Positions 30,226 through 39,155 of a stretch of DNA of 64,000 nucleotides are shown here, one piece after another. This stretch comes from a virus. The position numbers and the translations under genes are program-made. The notes beneath the pieces are model-generated. The model did no database searches. It was not told the origin of the DNA and worked only from the letters and a program-made list of their open reading frames with translations. The stretch covers positions 102,839 through 166,838 of the IMG/VR virus record IMGVR_UViG_3300047472_000155, one strand, 5' to 3'. Each line of letters begins with the position of its first letter. Within the stretch, counting starts at the first letter, position 1.

Positions 30226-30522
30226 TTGATGGACGCTTATTCACTTGCGGAAGATATTTTGTATAGAGAGTTAGAGACAAGATTAGATCAAGTAATTAAT
30301 GGAGAACAAAATTCAATTGAAATTAAATTTTTATATGCTAATGAAGTAGCAACATTCCTAAAAAACAAGTATGATGCTCATGTAGAAACATCTGACATGG
30401 ATACTAATGGATGGCAGTATGATTATTGGATTCCAGTTTATATCAATGATGAAAAGTATAATTTAATGGGTTCAGGTTACTATGGAGACATGGAATTTGT
30501 CAAAGAAGAGGATGAAGAATAA
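30226..30522 (+). CDS. Hypothetical protein
   Basis: AAGGAGG RBS. Confidence 0.75.
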   Translation: MMDAYSLAEDILYRELETRLDQVINGEQNSIEIKFLYANEVATFLKNKYDAHVETSDMDTNGWQYDYWIPVYINDEKYNLMGSGYYGDMEFVKEEDEE

Positions 30523-30920
30523 TGGAACAATACCTTATTGATGAATACGATGTCATTGAGGATGAAAAGTGGCTTACAAGTAAAGATGATATTGAAATGT
30601 ATTTTAGAGATGGCGATTCAAGAGATTACTTTGATTGTGGTCAAGGATATTGTCAAGATGAAGCAAGTGTAATTTGTAAAATAGGAGATAAATTCTATCA
30701 AGTAGATATATTTGCAAGTATTTGTAGTGCAAAACAAGACTATGGAGATAGATTATATTGGGTTGATGGTATTGATAAAGTTGAGTATTGCGAGATTGAA
30801 AAACCAGTAGAAAAAGAAAAAATGAAACTGGAATATATTGTGATAGTCAACAAAGATCAAAAATATGCTTTAGAGCAATTCATGAAAGAAATTAAAGTCG
30901 ATTGGAGAATGATGAAATGA
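30522..30920 (+). CDS. Hypothetical protein
   Basis: Translationally coupled ORF. Confidence 0.75.
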   Translation: MEQYLIDEYDVIEDEKWLTSKDDIEMYFRDGDSRDYFDCGQGYCQDEASVICKIGDKFYQVDIFASICSAKQDYGDRLYWVDGIDKVEYCEIEKPVEKEKMKLEYIVIVNKDQKYALEQFMKEIKVDWRMMK

Positions 30921-31279
30921 TTATAGACATTAAAACGGAACAAGAATTTCAAAATATCATTGATTTGAATAATGGCACAATTATTCTTAAATTTGGAGCA
31001 GATTGGTGCATACCTTGTTCAGCAGTAAACACATTGCTCAATGAAGTTGATGAAGAAGGGATCAATGCAACAATTATCAAAGTTGATGTGGATAACAACC
31101 CAGAGATTGCATCAGAATTTAGAGTCATGAGCATTCCAACAACATTCTTTCTTAGAAACAAAGCAGTTAGCAAGGTTATTCGTGGCACAATGTCTAAACA
31201 AAATTTACTTGATACTATCAAAGAGATTAACGATAAAAATAAGAAAGAAGATGAGCAAAATGGAGAACAAGGAGTTTAA
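30917..31279 (+). CDS. trxA: Thioredoxin
   Basis: FGADWCIPC, KVDVD, VMSIPT. Confidence 0.9.
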   Translation: MIIDIKTEQEFQNIIDLNNGTIILKFGADWCIPCSAVNTLLNEVDEEGINATIIKVDVDNNPEIASEFRVMSIPTTFFLRNKAVSKVIRGTMSKQNLLDTIKEINDKNKKEDEQNGEQGV

Positions 31280-31544
31280 TGTTGTATTTAAAGATAAGTG
31301 GGATGAAGAATCATTTGATGGGACCAATGAAACTGTGATTGAAGTTCAGTATGATAAATTTACACAAAAACCAATATATATTGAACTTAAAGATATTATA
31401 GAAGATGAAATCAATGATGTCATTGGCATCGACTTGACAAAAGAACAAGCAGTTGAACTTGCATATGCATTGCTTAGAATTAATTGGGATTTAGAGAAGA
31501 CCATTGGAGTTGACCTTGCAAAAGAAAAGGAAGCTGATAAATAA
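31251..31544 (+). CDS. Hypothetical protein
   Basis: ORF in operon; start uncertain. Confidence 0.65.
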   Translation: MSKMENKEFNVVFKDKWDEESFDGTNETVIEVQYDKFTQKPIYIELKDIIEDEINDVIGIDLTKEQAVELAYALLRINWDLEKTIGVDLAKEKEADK

Positions 31545-31545
31545 A

Positions 31546-31776
31546 ATGAGTCAAAAATATCTTTGGAGTTTTTATTGGGATTGTGGACGTAGCGGAAGTC
31601 TTGAAGGATTGTTTGTTGCAACAGAAAAGGAAATAGAAGAAGCCACTGGTCAAGGTGGTGACACAATACATTATGATGAAGTATCTTATTCAGATGGATA
31701 TGATTCAGTTTTAGATGAAAAATATAACAAAGTGTGTGCTCCTTGCTACGAAGCATTGGGAGGAGATGTTGAATAA
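31546..31776 (+). CDS. Hypothetical protein (possibly chimeric)
   Basis: FYWDCGR.G.LEGLFVAT N-terminus. Confidence 0.6.
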   Translation: MSQKYLWSFYWDCGRSGSLEGLFVATEKEIEEATGQGGDTIHYDEVSYSDGYDSVLDEKYNKVCAPCYEALGGDVE

Positions 31777-32297
31777 TGGCTAACTTATACACATTAGCAG
31801 AACAATATGTAAAATTAAATGAAATGATTGAAGATGCTCTTGATAATCTTGAGGAATCAGGTATTGTCGAAGATGATCTGCAAATGTTTATCGACACACT
31901 TGATTCTATTGATGACAGTATTGAAGTAAAGGTAGAAAACATCTGTAAGTTCTTGAAGAACATTAATGGTGATATTGAAATCTTCAAAAAGGAAGAGCAA
32001 CGTATTGCTAAACGTAGGAAAACTCTTGAGAATAAACATGATGGCATTAAGGGATATCTGGAATCAATGCTTAGACTTATGAATAAGAAGGAAGTAATAA
32101 CAGGAACATTTACGGTAAAATTCCAAAAGTCACCTGCAAGTGTTAATGTAATTAGTGAAAAAGATATTCCTTCCGAATACAAGGAACCAGTGCCAGATAA
32201 AATTCTCAAGAAGGAAATTCTTGCAGCTCTCAAAGATAAAAAAGCAATTCCAGGTGTATTGTTGGTTGATGACAACACACACATGAGAATTAGATAA
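31776..32297 (+). CDS. Siphovirus Gp157 (Gam-like) family protein
   Basis: NLYTL...DTLDSI...KVENI...EEQRIAKRRKTLENK...IPSEY...K.EILAALK. Confidence 0.85.
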   Translation: MANLYTLAEQYVKLNEMIEDALDNLEESGIVEDDLQMFIDTLDSIDDSIEVKVENICKFLKNINGDIEIFKKEEQRIAKRRKTLENKHDGIKGYLESMLRLMNKKEVITGTFTVKFQKSPASVNVISEKDIPSEYKEPVPDKILKKEILAALKDKKAIPGVLLVDDNTHMRIR

Positions 32298-33014
32298 TTG
32301 GCAATTAAAGAAGTAGAACTCTTTAATCCTACAAAGCAATGGTTACAATATAGGGGCTATAAGGTTTATTCCGAAGTAGTCCCTACTCACATGTCAACGA
32401 GAGCAGACGTAGTAGGCATTCTTTCACCATTAACAACGATTGTTGAATTGAAGACATCACTTTCATTAGACTTGTTGGAACAAGCAATAGATTGGATTCC
32501 ACATGCTAATTATATATATGTTTCGGTTCCTAAACCAAAAAAGAAAAATAATAGAGGCACATTAGCCCACAAGATATTGAAACAATATGGTATTGGATTA
32601 TTAGAGGTAGATGTAAAAAGAAATAGCATTGAATGTATATTGAACCCAAAAATGAACAGAAGAATAACTTCAAATGTAAAAGATTCACTAACAGAGTATC
32701 ATGAAAAATATTCTCCAGATGGCGGCACAAAAGGTGGAGGATATATAACTGATTATCGTATAACCGTAATCAAGGTTAAAGAAATGCTTGACAAGGTTAG
32801 AAAAGGTTATCCAGTATATCATCTTGGAGAACGCAATTTCCAAAGAGTTTACAATGTAGATGGATACGTAACCATTAAAGATATACTTGACTATTGTGAA
32901 ACACATTACTCTTCACCAAAACAAAGTTTGGCATATGCGTTGCTCAACTTTGAAAATGATTGGTGTGAAAGTACTAAGATTGATAGAAAACTTTATTTTA
33001 GATCAAAGGGATGA
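32298..33014 (+). CDS. PD-(D/E)XK nuclease-like protein
   Basis: EV...RADVVG...IVELKTSLS...EQA...ANYIYV. Confidence 0.65.
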   Translation: MAIKEVELFNPTKQWLQYRGYKVYSEVVPTHMSTRADVVGILSPLTTIVELKTSLSLDLLEQAIDWIPHANYIYVSVPKPKKKNNRGTLAHKILKQYGIGLLEVDVKRNSIECILNPKMNRRITSNVKDSLTEYHEKYSPDGGTKGGGYITDYRITVIKVKEMLDKVRKGYPVYHLGERNFQRVYNVDGYVTIKDILDYCETHYSSPKQSLAYALLNFENDWCESTKIDRKLYFRSKG

Positions 33015-33232
33015 TGAAGTTGTTATATAAATTATGGAAAGCTGTAACCAATCATACACATTGTTATTCAGATAAAAAGCTTGATTGTAGACTTTCAAAC
33101 GGAGACAGGTTCATCATTATGAAATGTTCACAATGTGGCAAAGAACAGGTAAAGATCATCAAAGAAGTCGAAAGTGCAAATGGAATGAAACTAATCATAA
33201 AAACATTGGGAGATGATAGGGATGGGAGTTAG
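33011..33232 (+). CDS. Small zinc-binding hypothetical protein
   Basis: HTHCY...KCSQCGK. Confidence 0.6.
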   Translation: MMKLLYKLWKAVTNHTHCYSDKKLDCRLSNGDRFIIMKCSQCGKEQVKIIKEVESANGMKLIIKTLGDDRDGS

Positions 33233-33581
33233 ACGGAAAGATTATATTATTCTTGGTGTTGACATTGGATATAAGACATTTGAAGATGCTCAAGAATATC
33301 TTGATGAAGAAACATTTATTGAAATGGAGTCTTATATTCACTATGATGAAATTGGAAAAATGACCATCATTCCTCAATGGGAAGATGAAAAAGGATGTTA
33401 TGTTGGTTATTTAATTGCAAAAAGTGATGAATATTCTGGATTTGAAAAAGTTCACAAGATTAGTCTAGGATATGATGATGACGATGAAATTGATGACATT
33501 ATTCAATTTGTTCAAGATCATCTTGACCAGATAATTGAACCAGAAGATATTAAAGTAATTGTCTTCACAGTTTGGAGTTAA
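33213..33581 (+). CDS. Acidic hypothetical protein
   Basis: ORF in operon. Confidence 0.7.
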   Translation: MIGMGVRRKDYIILGVDIGYKTFEDAQEYLDEETFIEMESYIHYDEIGKMTIIPQWEDEKGCYVGYLIAKSDEYSGFEKVHKISLGYDDDDEIDDIIQFVQDHLDQIIEPEDIKVIVFTVWS

Positions 33582-33584
33582 TAA

Positions 33585-34052
33585 ATGGAAGATAAAATTA
33601 AAACAGTTATTGGCTTAGACCTTAATATCAGGTCTAAGCCAATCCAATATAAAGTTGATGAAAACGGATGTCACACTTGTATATCTCATTATACAAGAAA
33701 CGATGGATATATTTCAGTAAAAATAAAAGGAAAAAATATTAGAGTTCATCGACTTGTATATGAATTACACAATGGAAAAATTGATAACGGATTAGTTGTG
33801 ATGCATACATGCGACAATCCATCATGCATCAATCCTAATCACATGGAACTTGGAACACACAAGGAAAATATGGAAGACAAGTCAAAAAAGAATAGAACAC
33901 CTAAAAGTCAAGTTAGGTTGACTCAGGATAAAAAACTTGAATTGTGCTTAAGCAATTTAACAGAAAGTGATCTATGCAAAAAATACGGTGTATCATATCG
34001 GACAGTAAGAAACGTCAAAAAAAGATATAGAGAGGGATGTGAAAAGTTATGA
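33585..34052 (+). CDS. Free-standing HNH homing endonuclease
   Basis: RVHRLVY...VMHTCDNPSCINPNHMELGTHKENMED plus C-terminal HTH-like segment. Confidence 0.9.
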   Translation: MEDKIKTVIGLDLNIRSKPIQYKVDENGCHTCISHYTRNDGYISVKIKGKNIRVHRLVYELHNGKIDNGLVVMHTCDNPSCINPNHMELGTHKENMEDKSKKNRTPKSQVRLTQDKKLELCLSNLTESDLCKKYGVSYRTVRNVKKRYREGCEKL

Positions 34053-34273
34053 CGGATGAACAAAAGAAACAAATCGAAGACTTAAAAGAGGAAAGAGAAG
34101 AGTATATCAGTGAATATAAAGCATATGTGTCACTAACTGATAGAATTAATAAAATCTACAAAAGATGTAAGCATGAAAAGACAGAGAGTTATAGAGAATC
34201 TGATTATCACGAAGGAAGAAGTTATTGGAATATTGTGTGTCAAGATTGTGGAGAAAGTTGGTATGAACGATGA
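34049..34273 (+). CDS. Small zinc-binding hypothetical protein
   Basis: CKH...CQDCG. Confidence 0.65.
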   Translation: MTDEQKKQIEDLKEEREEYISEYKAYVSLTDRINKIYKRCKHEKTESYRESDYHEGRSYWNIVCQDCGESWYER

Positions 34274-34509
34274 GTGATATTAGAAGATTTAAAGCAGTCG
34301 AAGACTTCAGTCAAGGAGAAGATTCACGTTATGTAATTTTATATGATGGCGAAGGAAACATAGTCACGGAAGGTGATTGGTATCACGATAAAATTGATGA
34401 AGTTATTGATGGATTTTTCCTTGCTTTTGATTATCTAGGAGAGACGGTAGATGTTGAATGGGTTGAAGTTAACAAGGATTGGGATAACGAAGAAGAGGAT
34501 GAAGAATAA
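34270..34509 (+). CDS. Acidic hypothetical protein
   Basis: Translationally coupled ORF. Confidence 0.7.
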   Translation: MSDIRRFKAVEDFSQGEDSRYVILYDGEGNIVTEGDWYHDKIDEVIDGFFLAFDYLGETVDVEWVEVNKDWDNEEEDEE

Positions 34510-35378
34510 TGATGAAAGTAGAATGTCAAAAAATGTATAAAGATTCCCATCAAGATTTTGAATTCGAAAATGAAGAAGCTTATTCATTAGCACTTTCATC
34601 AGTGTTAAAACTTGGTCAAGACACAGGAGATAGAACTAATACTGGCATGAGAAGCTTATTTGGTGTAACAATGAAATTCAATTTAGAATTTGGGTTCCCA
34701 TTGATTACAACTAAAAAAATGTTTACTAAAGGAGTTTTTCAAGAGCTTTTATGGTTTCTAAGTGGATCAACTTCCAATACAGAACTTGAGGAACGTGGTG
34801 TGAAATTTTGGAGGGAATGGGCTGACGAACAAGGAGAATTGCCAAATATTTATGGTAAACAGTGGGTACGATGGGAAGACGCTAGAGGTAATGTCTTCAA
34901 TCAAATAGAATACGTTATCAATGAAATAAAAACAAATCCAAACAGCAGAAGAATACTATTTACTGGATGGAATGCTGCTGAGATGCAATGGGAAGACACG
35001 GCATTGCCTTGCTGCCATAGTACTGTTGTTCAATTTTATGTAAGAGAAGGCAAGTACCTTGACATGTATCACTATCAACGAAGTGGAGACATGTTCTTGG
35101 GAGTTCCTGTAAATATAGCTTCATATGCGACATTGTTAACCATGATAGCTCAACAATGTGATCTAGTACCAGGATTTATGACGCATACTATTGGTGTGGC
35201 TCATATTTACAATAATCATATACAACAAGTTTCAGAACAACTATTTAGACTTCCTTATAGTTCTCCATCACTTATTATCAAGAGAAAGCCTGAATCAATA
35301 TTCGATTATGAATTTGAAGACTTTGAAGTCATTGACTATGAACATCATCCAGCAATCAAGGGAGAGGTTGCAATATGA
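34509..35378 (+). CDS. thyA: Thymidylate synthase
   Basis: DRTNTG, FPLITTKK, ELLWFL, NSRR, ALPCCH, YQRSGDMFLGVPVN, AHIY. Confidence 0.96.
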   Translation: MMKVECQKMYKDSHQDFEFENEEAYSLALSSVLKLGQDTGDRTNTGMRSLFGVTMKFNLEFGFPLITTKKMFTKGVFQELLWFLSGSTSNTELEERGVKFWREWADEQGELPNIYGKQWVRWEDARGNVFNQIEYVINEIKTNPNSRRILFTGWNAAEMQWEDTALPCCHSTVVQFYVREGKYLDMYHYQRSGDMFLGVPVNIASYATLLTMIAQQCDLVPGFMTHTIGVAHIYNNHIQQVSEQLFRLPYSSPSLIIKRKPESIFDYEFEDFEVIDYEHHPAIKGEVAI

Positions 35379-35662
35379 CAACAACTTTGGTGAACAAGTA
35401 TCACAATATTCCCTATGATATTGATATTAGCAGAAAATCCATATGGGGAAATCCTTTTTCTCATATGGAAGGAACCAAAGCTAAGTTTAAAGTTGACACA
35501 AGAGATGAAGCTATACAAAAATATGAAGAATGGATTGTAACACAGCGACATCTTATGAAGAAGCTTCATACATTGAGAGGCAAAATATTGGGGTGTACAT
35601 GTTACCCGTTGCCTTGTCATGGTGATGTGCTTATAAAATTGATTAATGAAATGGAGAATTAA
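35375..35662 (+). CDS. DUF4326 family protein
   Basis: SIWGNPF...LRGKILGCTCYPLPCHGDVL. Confidence 0.85.
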   Translation: MTTTLVNKYHNIPYDIDISRKSIWGNPFSHMEGTKAKFKVDTRDEAIQKYEEWIVTQRHLMKKLHTLRGKILGCTCYPLPCHGDVLIKLINEMEN

Positions 35663-35664
35663 TA

Positions 35665-35997
35665 ATGAAAGGACACGAATTGGATATAGCTACAAATTGT
35701 TATATGGTAGAAAGAGATGTAAAGCCAGCATCTTGTATTCCAATACAGCTTAAACATTATGATGATACAAAGGAATTAATGAAAAATTATGATGTAAATT
35801 ATTACATTGAAGAACTTTCAGAAGAATGGTTTACTTTGTGGATTTACAAATATAATCATATCCTTGATATTATTATACATTCTCCCAATGAACCAAAAAC
35901 AATTTATGATCATTGGATATTAGGAAAATTATTCGGATATAGTGATTCGTCAATTGAAAAATTTATAAACCAAACAAAGGAGAATGATAATGCTTAA
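35665..35997 (+). CDS. Hypothetical protein
   Basis: HWILGKLFGYS motif. Confidence 0.7.
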   Translation: MKGHELDIATNCYMVERDVKPASCIPIQLKHYDDTKELMKNYDVNYYIEELSEEWFTLWIYKYNHILDIIIHSPNEPKTIYDHWILGKLFGYSDSSIEKFINQTKENDNA

Positions 35998-36478
35998 TCT
36001 AATCGTAGCACATGACACTTCAAGAGGAATAGGTTTTAACAATGAGCTTCCTTGGCACTTGCCAAGCGATCTTAAACGATTTAAACAACTCACAGAAGGG
36101 CAAGCTGTTTTTATGGGACGCAAGACACATGAAAGCATTGGTAAAGTCTTGCCGAATAGAGAGAATATCATTCTAACACACGATAGAGGTTATCGTGCGG
36201 ACAATTGTTATATCATAAACTATTTAGCTCAATTGGATGTGTACATGTCCATGAATCCAGATAAAGATGTGTGGGTAATAGGTGGTAGTGAGATATATAA
36301 ATTAATGTTGCCTTATGTGGATAGAATATATACAACCGAAATTGATCACACATTTGAATGTGACACATATTTTCCTACATTGGATGACGAAGAATGGTAT
36401 TTATCTCATCACGAATATTATACACAAGACAGTTATCCTTACACTTTCGTTGTATATGATAGAATACTGAAACCTTGA
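35984..36478 (+). CDS. folA: Dihydrofolate reductase
   Basis: GIG..NELPWHLPSDLKRFK, MGRKTHESI, LPNRENI, VIGGSEIY, CDTYFP. Confidence 0.96.
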   Translation: MIMLNLIVAHDTSRGIGFNNELPWHLPSDLKRFKQLTEGQAVFMGRKTHESIGKVLPNRENIILTHDRGYRADNCYIINYLAQLDVYMSMNPDKDVWVIGGSEIYKLMLPYVDRIYTTEIDHTFECDTYFPTLDDEEWYLSHHEYYTQDSYPYTFVVYDRILKP

Positions 36479-36503
36479 CAAATGACAGATAAAATAGTAT
36501 AAT
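36475..36503 (+). promoter_or_regulatory. SigmaA-type promoter with conserved spacer element
   Basis: TTGACAAATGACAGATAAAATAGTATAAT. Confidence 0.88.
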
Positions 36504-36544
36504 ATAGGTATAAATCCTATAAAAACATAGGAGGTGTAAACATC

Positions 36545-36736
36545 ATGATAATTACAATATGTATATTAGTTTACTTGTTTATTGGAATATTAGTATCTTT
36601 GTTTGTGATAGGATTCCCAACTTCCATAGGAATGTTAGGATCGTTTATAGTTCACAGTATATTTTGGGTATTTGTATATATTCCATGGGGAGACTTGATA
36701 GAAGCTATAGCAGATATTGTTGATATTTTTGATTGA
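36545..36736 (+). CDS. Small membrane protein
   Basis: AGGAGG RBS; hydrophobic. Confidence 0.7.
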   Translation: MIITICILVYLFIGILVSLFVIGFPTSIGMLGSFIVHSIFWVFVYIPWGDLIEAIADIVDIFD

Positions 36737-36888
36737 TGAATTACACCATACCTTAAAACGTGGTGGTGAAAAAGATGCAAGGTTATTGGGAAAAATCTGT
36801 CAAAAGTCATTTAGAAATAGAAAAAAGAAAATATCAAGAAAAGTTAAAAAATAGTAATAAAACTCAGAATAGAATGGAAGTGAAGATT

Positions 36889-37317
36889 ATGGAGAAAAAA
36901 ATCAATAAGTTCAATATTGATGACATTGTTTTAGTTAAAGACGAAAAAGGAAAAAAGGAACGTTATCGTGTCGTTGAGTGGTTTTATGAAATATCTTTTA
37001 GCAAAGATGAGGGAAGATATGAGCATACATCCTACAACCTAGTTGGAATTAATAATGGAATATATCTTGATATTATGTTGGAATCTGAATTGGAACTATA
37101 TGAATCTTCTGATGGTTCTGAGCGTACAATTGTAGAAGATGTACTACCCGTATTGTCGGCAAAGCGAAGAGAAGATTTAACGCCTAAAGACATTGATAAT
37201 TTGCTTGATCAATACAATACATTTACTGATCTTCATAAGTTTATTACATCTAACGGTGTAGTTGATTCACAATACAGCGAGAAAGCTGACAAAATACTTG
37301 CTTTCTTGTCAAATTAA
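36889..37317 (+). CDS. YodN-like hypothetical protein
   Basis: KFNIDDIV N-terminus and IDNLLDQYN C-terminal motif; start uncertain. Confidence 0.55.
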   Translation: MEKKINKFNIDDIVLVKDEKGKKERYRVVEWFYEISFSKDEGRYEHTSYNLVGINNGIYLDIMLESELELYESSDGSERTIVEDVLPVLSAKRREDLTPKDIDNLLDQYNTFTDLHKFITSNGVVDSQYSEKADKILAFLSN

Positions 37318-37322
37318 AAACG

Positions 37323-37357
37323 AAACCCTACCTATATAATATAAGGTAGGGTTTTTT
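37323..37357 (+). terminator. Intrinsic terminator
   Basis: AAACCCTACCT/AGGTAGGGTTT followed by T run. Confidence 0.85.
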
Positions 37358-37358
37358 G

Positions 37359-37387
37359 TTGACAAGTGAAAGATAATATGATAATAT
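37359..37387 (+). promoter_or_regulatory. Promoter with conserved spacer element
   Basis: TTGACAAGTGAAAGATAATATGATAATAT. Confidence 0.75.
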
Positions 37388-37486
37388 AACATTACAAAGT
37401 TCACCGAGATGAGATATGAAAAAATATCTCTTGACAAAAAGAACCAATGTAAGATAAAATGAAATTACATTAAAGGAGGGAACAAG

Positions 37487-38158
37487 ATGATTGAAAGTAG
37501 GGAACTACTTCTTGAAGGACAATTGCATGTATTAGGATTTGACAATGCTTTACGTGCTCTTGATCTAATGCGTAAGGAGATGTGTGCAGAGAAAGGATTT
37601 ACACGCCATAATGGAGATCATTACTATTATCATTTAGTAGATGTGACTCAAGACCTTATCAATCATGGTATACGATATGAACCATGTATTGTTGCGGCAT
37701 TACTTCACGACTATATGGAGGATGTGCCAGACATTACTTGTCGCACGATTGATGCGTCATTTGGATCAGAGGTTGCATTGTACGTTGAAGCATTATCAAA
37801 AGACCCCGAAAAGGATTATAAAGATGATACAATAATGAAACATTACCTTAAAAATATTGGATTTTGTGTGTGGACTTCGTTGATTAAGGCATCAGATAGA
37901 AAACATAATTTTTCAACATTAAGAGATGCTACATTTGAAAAACGTATGCGGCAAGCAATTGAAACGGAAACATACTTTATTCCTGTGTTCAAGGAGTGGC
38001 GCAATAAGTTTCCACGTTATGCACCATATTTCTTCGGAGCTAAGACATCAATCGAACCTCATTTGTGGGCTATTAAAGAATATCAAGCTGAGATTGATAG
38101 ATTGAATTCCATTATTTCAAGTGTAAATGGAATGGTTACACAATTTTTGAACAAATAA
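37487..38158 (+). CDS. Small alarmone hydrolase ((p)ppGpp HD domain, Mesh1/SAH-like)
   Basis: G.TRHNGDHYYYHL, AALLHDYMED, FGSEVALYVEALSK, LIKASDRKHN. Confidence 0.82.
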   Translation: MIESRELLLEGQLHVLGFDNALRALDLMRKEMCAEKGFTRHNGDHYYYHLVDVTQDLINHGIRYEPCIVAALLHDYMEDVPDITCRTIDASFGSEVALYVEALSKDPEKDYKDDTIMKHYLKNIGFCVWTSLIKASDRKHNFSTLRDATFEKRMRQAIETETYFIPVFKEWRNKFPRYAPYFFGAKTSIEPHLWAIKEYQAEIDRLNSIISSVNGMVTQFLNK

Positions 38159-38173
38159 AAGGAGGATGTTGGC

Positions 38174-38527
38174 ATGATCAGAAACATTATAAACTTTTTT
38201 GTAATTCTTGCATTATTTTTTATAGGGAGTGAATATTTCCCTGAACATATTTATGCGCAAGACACAAAGACATTAATCATTGCAACATTGACAATGTTTA
38301 TCATAGGAACAGTTGCGGGAATCATTGTTGTTGCACTATTAGTGCTTATTCCACCTATTGGATGTTTTGCTATATTGGCAATAATCTTTATTGTTCCAAT
38401 TGAATTAATCCTAACATCTCATTATATCAATGGATTTGAAATCAATGGATTTTGGACTTATGCATTGTTGTCATTTGTTATTTCATTATTTTCTTTAAGA
38501 GTGAATGCAACTTATGAAAAAAAGTAG
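38174..38527 (+). CDS. Membrane protein, YvlD/holin-4-like
   Basis: Four hydrophobic helices; GFEINGFW.YALL. Confidence 0.65.
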   Translation: MIRNIINFFVILALFFIGSEYFPEHIYAQDTKTLIIATLTMFIIGTVAGIIVVALLVLIPPIGCFAILAIIFIVPIELILTSHYINGFEINGFWTYALLSFVISLFSLRVNATYEKK

Positions 38528-38606
38528 TTGACAAACCGACTAGTAGAAGATAAAAGGTAAGACTAAGTTGTTAAACAAACTAAACTATTAAAAGGTGGAA
38601 AATTAA

Positions 38607-39113
38607 ATGAACAAGTTTAATGAAAAAAGTCAAGCAAATTTTAGTGTTACTAATCAAAATGTTCTTATTTTTGTTGAAGGTGAAAACGAACAAAATTCAA
38701 ACAATGTAAAAAAGAAAAGAGAAACAAAAAGAGAACGTGTTGTTAAGCTAATTGAATCTGGCATGAGCAAAGCTGAAATAATGGACATCGAGAACATTTT
38801 GGAAGGTAGTTACTACAACTATAAAACCATTTACAATAAGATGAAAAATCTTACTGATTCAAGACTTCATAAGACATTGAAAAATCAAGACACCGAAAAA
38901 GACCTTGTTATTTCGAAACCAATGTTTAATGCAAAAGCTTTTAAAAATGTTTCATTTTTGACGGTTAATGGAAAACCGTCGATGTTGCTTGAGGTTTCAG
39001 ATTCCTATATTAGATATCTTGCATTAGAAGGTGGCGGAATGACTTCTCAAAGAAGTGTTCATGTTTCCGATGTAATTAAAAATCAAGAATGCATTAAGCT
39101 ATTTATTCAATAA
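38607..39113 (+). CDS. Putative HTH DNA-binding protein
   Basis: RVVKLIESGMSKAEIMDIENILEGSYYNYK resembles a helix-turn-helix. Confidence 0.5.
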   Translation: MNKFNEKSQANFSVTNQNVLIFVEGENEQNSNNVKKKRETKRERVVKLIESGMSKAEIMDIENILEGSYYNYKTIYNKMKNLTDSRLHKTLKNQDTEKDLVISKPMFNAKAFKNVSFLTVNGKPSMLLEVSDSYIRYLALEGGGMTSQRSVHVSDVIKNQECIKLFIQ

Positions 39114-39155
39114 ATGAAAGATAAAATGAAATATAAAAAAGAGAGGATGTTATAA

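Noticed and set aside
31346-32284. 312-aa minus-strand ORF
   Set aside because: Antisense shadow of Gp157 and its neighbours; no recognisable motif
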